NCBI GenBank assembly: GCA_963697165.1
Contig: CAVOMX010000003.1
Coordinates: 1-56,739 of the forward strand
DNA: 56,739 nt
Direction of reading: 5' to 3'
Source of the DNA: Candidatus Bathyarchaeota archaeon
Lineage (GTDB): Archaea > Thermoproteota > Bathyarchaeia > Bathyarchaeales > Bathyarchaeaceae
The number at the start of each line of letters is the position of its first letter. The first letter of the stretch is position 1. Shown one piece after another: positions 51,975-56,739 of the stretch. The notes beneath the pieces were generated by a model that worked only from the letters and a program-made list of their open reading frames with translations, was not told the DNA's origin and searched no databases. Made by a program: the position numbers and the translations under genes.

Positions 51975-52895
51975 ATGAGCAACCATACAATTCTCGTGTG
52001 CGACAACTTCGGTCAAGAGTTTCTTGATCGTCTATCCAATTTTGGGAATGTATTCCAATCCAGTGACATCGATTACAGTTTGCCTCTAGACAAAGTAACA
52101 ATTCTTGTTGTCAGAAGCAAAACAAAGGTAAACAAAGAACTAGTTGACATAATGAAAAGCCTCGAGTGCGTGATAACTGCCACTCATGGCATCGACCACA
52201 TCGACCTAGACTGTCTAAATGAGCATGGAATCACGTTCCATAATGTTCCCGCGCAATCCTATGATGTTGCTCAGGGTGTTATAGCCTATATTCTGGCACA
52301 TTGCACAAACCTTGTCGAAGGCGATAGGTCCATGAAGCGCGGAGAATGGAAGAAAACTTCGCTGATTGGTTGCCGAGTTGCTGGAAAAACTTTGGGTATC
52401 ATTGGATGCGGCAAAATTGGACGGGAGGTTGCTAGGTTGGGTTCTGCTCTTGACATGAATGTTGTTGTCTCGGACCCATGCCTTCAAGACGACAATATTA
52501 CTGTTGTTTCTTTGGACGATCTCCTGAGGACATCCGATTTTATAACCGTTAACTGTCCCTTGACCGGTGGAACTCGAGACCTGATAGGAAAAGAAGAGAT
52601 CGCCAAAATGAAGGAAGGTGCATTTATCGTGAACACAGCAAGAGGTGGCATCATAAACGAGGACGCATTGTTGGATGCTGTTAGGTCCGGAAAGGTTGGG
52701 GCAGCTTTGGATGTTCTTGTTTCTAAGACGCCATTCGAAGATGAACTAGCCAACAGTTTGATTCAGTGTGAACGTGTGATTTCTACGCCGCACAGTATCG
52801 GTCAAACTCATGAAGCTATCGAAGAGAAGGGTGAAGGCGTAATAAAAGCCATCAAAGATCATGTGAACGCCAAAAAGCGTGCCCAGAAAGCATAG
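51975..52895 (+). CDS. D-2-hydroxyacid dehydrogenase (short SerA-like, no ACT domain)
   Basis: VRS.TKV, GIDHID, GKTLGIIG.GKIG, NTARGG, TPH. Confidence 0.88.
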   Translation: MSNHTILVCDNFGQEFLDRLSNFGNVFQSSDIDYSLPLDKVTILVVRSKTKVNKELVDIMKSLECVITATHGIDHIDLDCLNEHGITFHNVPAQSYDVAQGVIAYILAHCTNLVEGDRSMKRGEWKKTSLIGCRVAGKTLGIIGCGKIGREVARLGSALDMNVVVSDPCLQDDNITVVSLDDLLRTSDFITVNCPLTGGTRDLIGKEEIAKMKEGAFIVNTARGGIINEDALLDAVRSGKVGAALDVLVSKTPFEDELANSLIQCERVISTPHSIGQTHEAIEEKGEGVIKAIKDHVNAKKRAQKA

Positions 52896-53033
52896 ACGTC
52901 GTTTCTAAACGGCTAGTTTATCCTGTTTTCTTCTTTGTTACACGCTGTTTATCATTCCTTGCAGAATTCATACTTTTAAGCCACTGATCGTTTACTATAT
53001 TTTAGTTGTTATGTTGGAGAGGGGGTTACCTGT

Positions 53034-53960
53034 TTGCATGAATCAATTTTAGCTACAGCAAAGAGAATAAAGCTGCTTGAGATTCAGGGAGCCCGAAATG
53101 TGGCGATAGCCGCCATAAAGGCAGTTGAGGAAACTGCAAAAGAATCCAAGGCAAAACATAAAGATGCATTTCTGAATGAGCTGTTAGAAACTAAGACTAT
53201 TCTTTTCTCTTCTAGAGAAACAGAGCCGCTAATGAGAAACGCAATACTTCACGTCATCCACGCAGTTCAGTCCAGTGACAAAGAGTCAGTTAAGGAGCTG
53301 GCGGTTGAGGTTTCGCGGGTTTCGGACATGTTCTTGGAGACTCTTGAATTGTCGAAGGAAAAGATAGCGGCGATTGGCTCCAAAAGAATCTCTCATCACT
53401 CAAGAGTTCTCACTCACTGCCACTCTTCAACCGTCACTAACATGCTGCGGAAGGCTAAGCTGGACGGAAAAACGTTTGAGGTAGTCTGCACCGAATCAAG
53501 ACCTGTTTTTCAGGGCAGACTCACTGCAAAAGAGATGCTGGACTCTGGAATCAAGACGACCATGATTGTTGATTCTGCAGTGCGACATTTTATGAATGAA
53601 ATCGACTTGGTCGTGGTGGGAGCCGACGCCATAACCTCTGAAGGCAACATCATAAACAAGATAGGAACAAGTATGGTTGCCCTCGCCGCCAAGGAGGCAC
53701 GTACGCCCTTCTATGTGGTTTCGGAACTGCTAAAGTTTGATCCTGTAACGGTTCGTGGCGATTATGAAAGAATCGAAGAACGAAGCCCCAAAGAGGTTTG
53801 GGCTGACCCGCCGTCAGGATTAATCATAAGAAATCCCGCTTTCGACGTGACAAGACGAGAATTTATTCACGGAATCATATGTGAAGAAGGAATAATTTCT
53901 CCTCACTCAATAAGCGAGTTGATGCACAGAAAACACCCGTGGATATTCGAAACAACCTAA
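53034..53960 (+). CDS. e2b2: Ribose-1,5-bisphosphate isomerase (eIF2B-like)
   Basis: EIQGA, SR.TEP.MRN, LTHCHSS, ESRP..QG, VGADAI, NKIGT, RNPAFDVT. Confidence 0.9.
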   Translation: MHESILATAKRIKLLEIQGARNVAIAAIKAVEETAKESKAKHKDAFLNELLETKTILFSSRETEPLMRNAILHVIHAVQSSDKESVKELAVEVSRVSDMFLETLELSKEKIAAIGSKRISHHSRVLTHCHSSTVTNMLRKAKLDGKTFEVVCTESRPVFQGRLTAKEMLDSGIKTTMIVDSAVRHFMNEIDLVVVGADAITSEGNIINKIGTSMVALAAKEARTPFYVVSELLKFDPVTVRGDYERIEERSPKEVWADPPSGLIIRNPAFDVTRREFIHGIICEEGIISPHSISELMHRKHPWIFETT

Positions 53961-53976
53961 CACGTTTTTTACCGTT

Positions 53977-54261
53977 TTATTGACTGCGCGGCTTTATCAG
54001 CTTGATTTTCTTTTCAAGATCAATTAGCTTCTTTTCTAAGCTTCTTATTCTTTCGGCGTAACGTTCTAGCCGTTTCCCATCGATGCCAATCCAGAATGCG
54101 ATAGTGGCGCCAGAGAATCCCAGTATCACATAGTAACTGTAAAGAGCTAAACGCCAATCTTGTAGTTCCCCCCAAAAACTGCTCAGAACGTAGACTGTAA
54201 CAAAAATCATTACCAAAAAATTTGCCAAATTAAAATAAGCCAAAAAGGTCCGCATCCTCAA
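53977..54261 (-). CDS. Small two-TM membrane protein with coiled-coil tail
   Basis: Two hydrophobic segments, then RIRSLEKKLIDLEKKIK; GGGGAGTG SD upstream. Confidence 0.65.
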   Translation of the reverse strand: MRMRTFLAYFNLANFLVMIFVTVYVLSSFWGELQDWRLALYSYYVILGFSGATIAFWIGIDGKRLERYAERIRSLEKKLIDLEKKIKLIKPRSQ

Positions 54262-54436
54262 TAATGTTCACTCCCCAAAATAGAATATTTTAATTACCAC
54301 TTAAAGCTTTACGGAGACAACCGCCAAAAACCTGTTTTGCTTTTAACAAAAAGGTTTTAGTTCATTTTCTACCAGTTTCTTAAATATGAATTCTAGCCCT
54401 AAACAGCTTCAAGGAAACTGATGGAGAGATAAATGT

Positions 54437-54619
54437 ATGAATACTTTGTTTGGTCTTCGAGAGAAGATTTCGAGTATGGAGCTTTAGAAGGCTGAGCTTC
54501 TGGCAGAACTGGAGGTGCTCAGAGAAAAGGCAGGAGCAAAAGCAGAATCTCTAGAAGAAGAAATATAACAACTACGTGAAGAAGCAGAATCCCTCAAAGT
54601 GCTACTAGATGCAATCTAA
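54437..54619 (+). pseudogene. Small coiled-coil protein interrupted by an in-frame TAG
   Basis: MNTLFGLREKISSMEL*KAELLAELEVLREKAGAKAESLEEEIIQLREEAESLKVLLDAI; TAG at 54485-54487; GGAG upstream. Confidence 0.6.
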
Positions 54620-54722
54620 CAAAACTACAAACAGCCTGACCACCAATCATATTTGAAGACTAATATGCTTCATTGTTGAAGACAGCCTTTTTATGAAAAA
54701 CTAAACCTCAAAAGTTTTGAAG

Positions 54723-54745
54723 TGGACCGAGCGGGATTTGAACCC
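54723..54745 (-). other. Isolated tRNA 3' fragment (T-arm plus acceptor strand; tRNA-Ala-like), att-like site
   Basis: Minus strand GGGTTCAAATCCCGCTCGGTCCA; U70 position fits the Ala G3:U70 pair; no D or anticodon arm upstream. Confidence 0.7.
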
Positions 54746-54982
54746 AGAACTTTTTGTAAAAAGTTCATTAAAACCTCTATTTTTCATTATTGATTCAGCA
54801 TCCAACCAATAAATATATACAAAGATGTTTTTACGCTTTGCTAAATCACTATTTTTAAATTCTACAGTAGAGGAATAAATGTATACAAAGCAGGAAAAAC
54901 AACTTTTTGCTCTTTTGTTTGAAATAAGCGCAAATTATTTAGGGAGACAAAAACAATCGTTACTTTGTAGAGAGATGATTTT

Positions 54983-55222
54983 ATGACTTCAGCTTTTTTG
55001 TTGATAAACGCTGAGACGGGATCTGAAAGCGAAGTTTTAGACGAATTAAGGAAGATCGACGAAGTGAAGGAATCTTACATGGTTTATGGAGTATACGACG
55101 TTGTAGCTACAGTCAGCGCAGATACTATGGAGAAGCTTAAAGAGATTGTCACATGGAAAGTGAGGAGACTGAACAAGGTTCGGTCAACACTAACCATGAT
55201 AGTGATTGAGGGGCAAAAGTAG
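54983..55222 (+). CDS. Stand-alone Lrp/AsnC ligand-binding (RAM) domain protein
   Basis: AFLLIN.E.G.E..V...L..V.E...VYG.YD.V...VRSTLTMIV. Confidence 0.92.
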   Translation: MTSAFLLINAETGSESEVLDELRKIDEVKESYMVYGVYDVVATVSADTMEKLKEIVTWKVRRLNKVRSTLTMIVIEGQK

Positions 55223-55432
55223 CCTCCGCCTCCCCTCCTTTTTCTATTTGTTCTCCTTTTTGATTTTTGTCCATAGCGCTCCAAGCTCTATAAAACCTTC
55301 CTTTTTGAAAGTGACGCTCAAGCCAAATCTGCGAACATGTAGAGTGACTTATCGAATCCTTAAAGTCAAAGCAACACTTACGCAATTTATGGGATTTCAA
55401 ACAAATTCCTCCAGCATATGAAAAGGCCTGAC

Positions 55433-55684
55433 TCATTCCCATCCGTGACCGTGCATTTTAAACGTCATGTGGTCTGTTTCATGCATCATATTTTCTATAC
55501 GTTTAAGTTCCGCAGCTGAAGGACACCAAACAAACGCCCCAAAATCACTATCAATAGGCGATTGTTCAAAGAATACCATAATACCATAACCTTCACCATG
55601 TTTGTATGCTCGAATTTTTGGTTTATTTTCTGGGTGAAAGAAACCATCTTCACGCTTTATAATGTCAATGCGTTTGACTTTCAA
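55433..55684 (-). CDS. Hypothetical protein
   Basis: 83 aa; start overlaps the upstream stop (TTGA); GCGGAGG SD. Confidence 0.6.
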   Translation of the reverse strand: MKVKRIDIIKREDGFFHPENKPKIRAYKHGEGYGIMVFFEQSPIDSDFGAFVWCPSAAELKRIENMMHETDHMTFKMHGHGWE

Positions 55685-55887
55685 CGTGAAGCCTCCGCTT
55701 CTTGTGCTCCCAACTCCAACACCATCTTGGCGTTTTTCAGCGTCCTATTTTCAGGATCAGCAGCCTTCCGCAAATAATACTGCTTAGACTTCGGCTTCAT
55801 AGAAGCCCACTGTTTCAAGGCTTCCCCGAAATAGTCGTTTTGTGTTCTACAATAATTAGCGCGGGTCTGAGCCTTCACAATATCCAA
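55681..55887 (-). CDS. Hypothetical basic protein
   Basis: 68 aa, coupled to the downstream ORF; W..M..K.KQ.Y..KA faintly recalls an HMG-box helix. Confidence 0.45.
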   Translation of the reverse strand: MDIVKAQTRANYCRTQNDYFGEALKQWASMKPKSKQYYLRKAADPENRTLKNAKMVLELGAQEAEASR

Positions 55888-56048
55888 AGGACTCGGTTAT
55901 AGTCAGTGTAATGTCTCGCAAGAACCGATTCCAACCAGATGATCTGAAGGACAAGTTTCTTTTACACATTAGACTCTAATAATATACGGGGAGAAGAAAT
56001 GGAAAAAAACCGATCATTTATCCAGAACCATTTAATGAGGAATAAAAA

Positions 56049-56351
56049 ATGAAATGTTTTGAATGTGATGGATGTGTCCATCACGAGTTAGTCGGAATGG
56101 ATACTAATGGAAAAAATAAAGCATACTCTTGTTCAAACACAGACAGACGTTGTTATGAAAGATTACAATTTTTTAATGGTATGCTTACTAAATTACGAGA
56201 AATTAAGGATGATGTAAATGCAGACATTGTTGAGTTAAAACGTAATCCGATAATGATTTCTGAATGTGTTGGAAGATTATCAACTCTGACATTTATTTTA
56301 GAATTGTTTGGAGATGAAATAGTAGTCTTATCAAATTATCAGAGCATGTAA
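56049..56351 (+). CDS. Hypothetical Cys-containing protein
   Basis: GAGG SD; CxxCxxC..C..C N-terminus followed by helical region. Confidence 0.6.
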   Translation: MKCFECDGCVHHELVGMDTNGKNKAYSCSNTDRRCYERLQFFNGMLTKLREIKDDVNADIVELKRNPIMISECVGRLSTLTFILELFGDEIVVLSNYQSM

Positions 56352-56576
56352 AATCCATCCTGTAGTGCAAAAGTTGCATTCAGCAGTAATACAATTTTTT
56401 ATTTAATAAAAGAGGGAGTAAGATAGAGTTATTTTCTTTTGCGGAATAGCTTAGCACCATCCATTCGGTAACATACTCAAAACACAAGTCGAAAAGTTTA
56501 GTTTCGGTTTGATCTCTGATCCCTTTCTTTCCAATCAGAACTAAGTTCCATATACTATCGTTTGAAATCTAATATC

Positions 56577-56739
56577 ATGAGAAGGATTGAAGAAACTATT
56601 CTGGTTGAATGTGACCTTTGTTATCATATTAATCCTGACACTTGCACCAAAACTTGCAGAAAATGTGGTCACACAGTTTGTTTAGTATGTTACATTAATG
56701 AACATTGGAAGTGTGCAGTTTGTGGAGGAGAGTTTGGAA
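56577..56739 (+). CDS. RING-like binuclear Zn-finger protein (partial, runs off the window)
   Basis: CDLC-x14-CGH-x2-CLVC-x7-CAVC. Confidence 0.7.
   Translation, partial: MRRIEETILVECDLCYHINPDTCTKTCRKCGHTVCLVCYINEHWKCAVCGGEFG

Larger units (their letters stand above)
55260..56739. mobile_element. Probable edge of an integrated virus/plasmid-like region
   Basis: Short orphan ORFs with overlapping stop/start codons, Cys-rich mini-proteins, AT-rich right end, nearby tRNA fragment; no integrase in the window. Confidence 0.45.

Noticed and set aside
53034..53960. Translation factor eIF2B or MTR-1-P isomerase
   Set aside because: THCHSS and SR.TEP motifs plus the pathway context favour R15P isomerase
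54723..54745. Complete tRNA gene
   Set aside because: Only the T-arm and 3' acceptor strand are present

Overview
Archaeal chromosomal DNA of TACK type, most likely Bathyarchaeia. This is inferred from TBP/TFB, Alba, a Zn-ribbon Cren7-like protein, a CdvA-like protein, SepF, aCPSF1-psmB, EgsA, and many PEF-type and PQQ/NosD surface proteins. More than ten otherwise intact genes, including essential aCPSF1, are broken by 1-2 nt indels, so most frameshifts are probably assembly errors. Layout: a four-gene surface-protein array (0.1-5.3 kb); a DUF4145/HEPN patch; a decayed gar1 with intact tfb; a eukaryote-like prenylcysteine oxidase; SSB, Alba and TRAM; rubrerythrin with an unannotated desulforedoxin; a CdvA-like protein with a very long acidic tail; and FKBP. 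It also holds the full AMP phosphorylase / form III RuBisCO / R15P isomerase set, metY-metX-metW, purC, larA, pyrE, tbp, sec11, an unannotated Cren7, Lhr, an aKMT-like methylase, a tandem-Lrp/PQQ-propeller pair, housekeeping genes, and a probable integrated element at the right edge. The strongest novel candidate is 25932-27356: an apparently catalytically dead, full-length archaeal-type TyrRS fused to an ArsR-type winged helix, with GTAAC repeats in its promoter, directly upstream of the met operon. Other candidates are the PCYOX1-like enzyme, a RING-type finger in the virus-like region, Cren7 near aKMT, and structured RNAs after the chromatin-protein genes and before serA. All homology calls come from motif recognition by eye; no searches were run.
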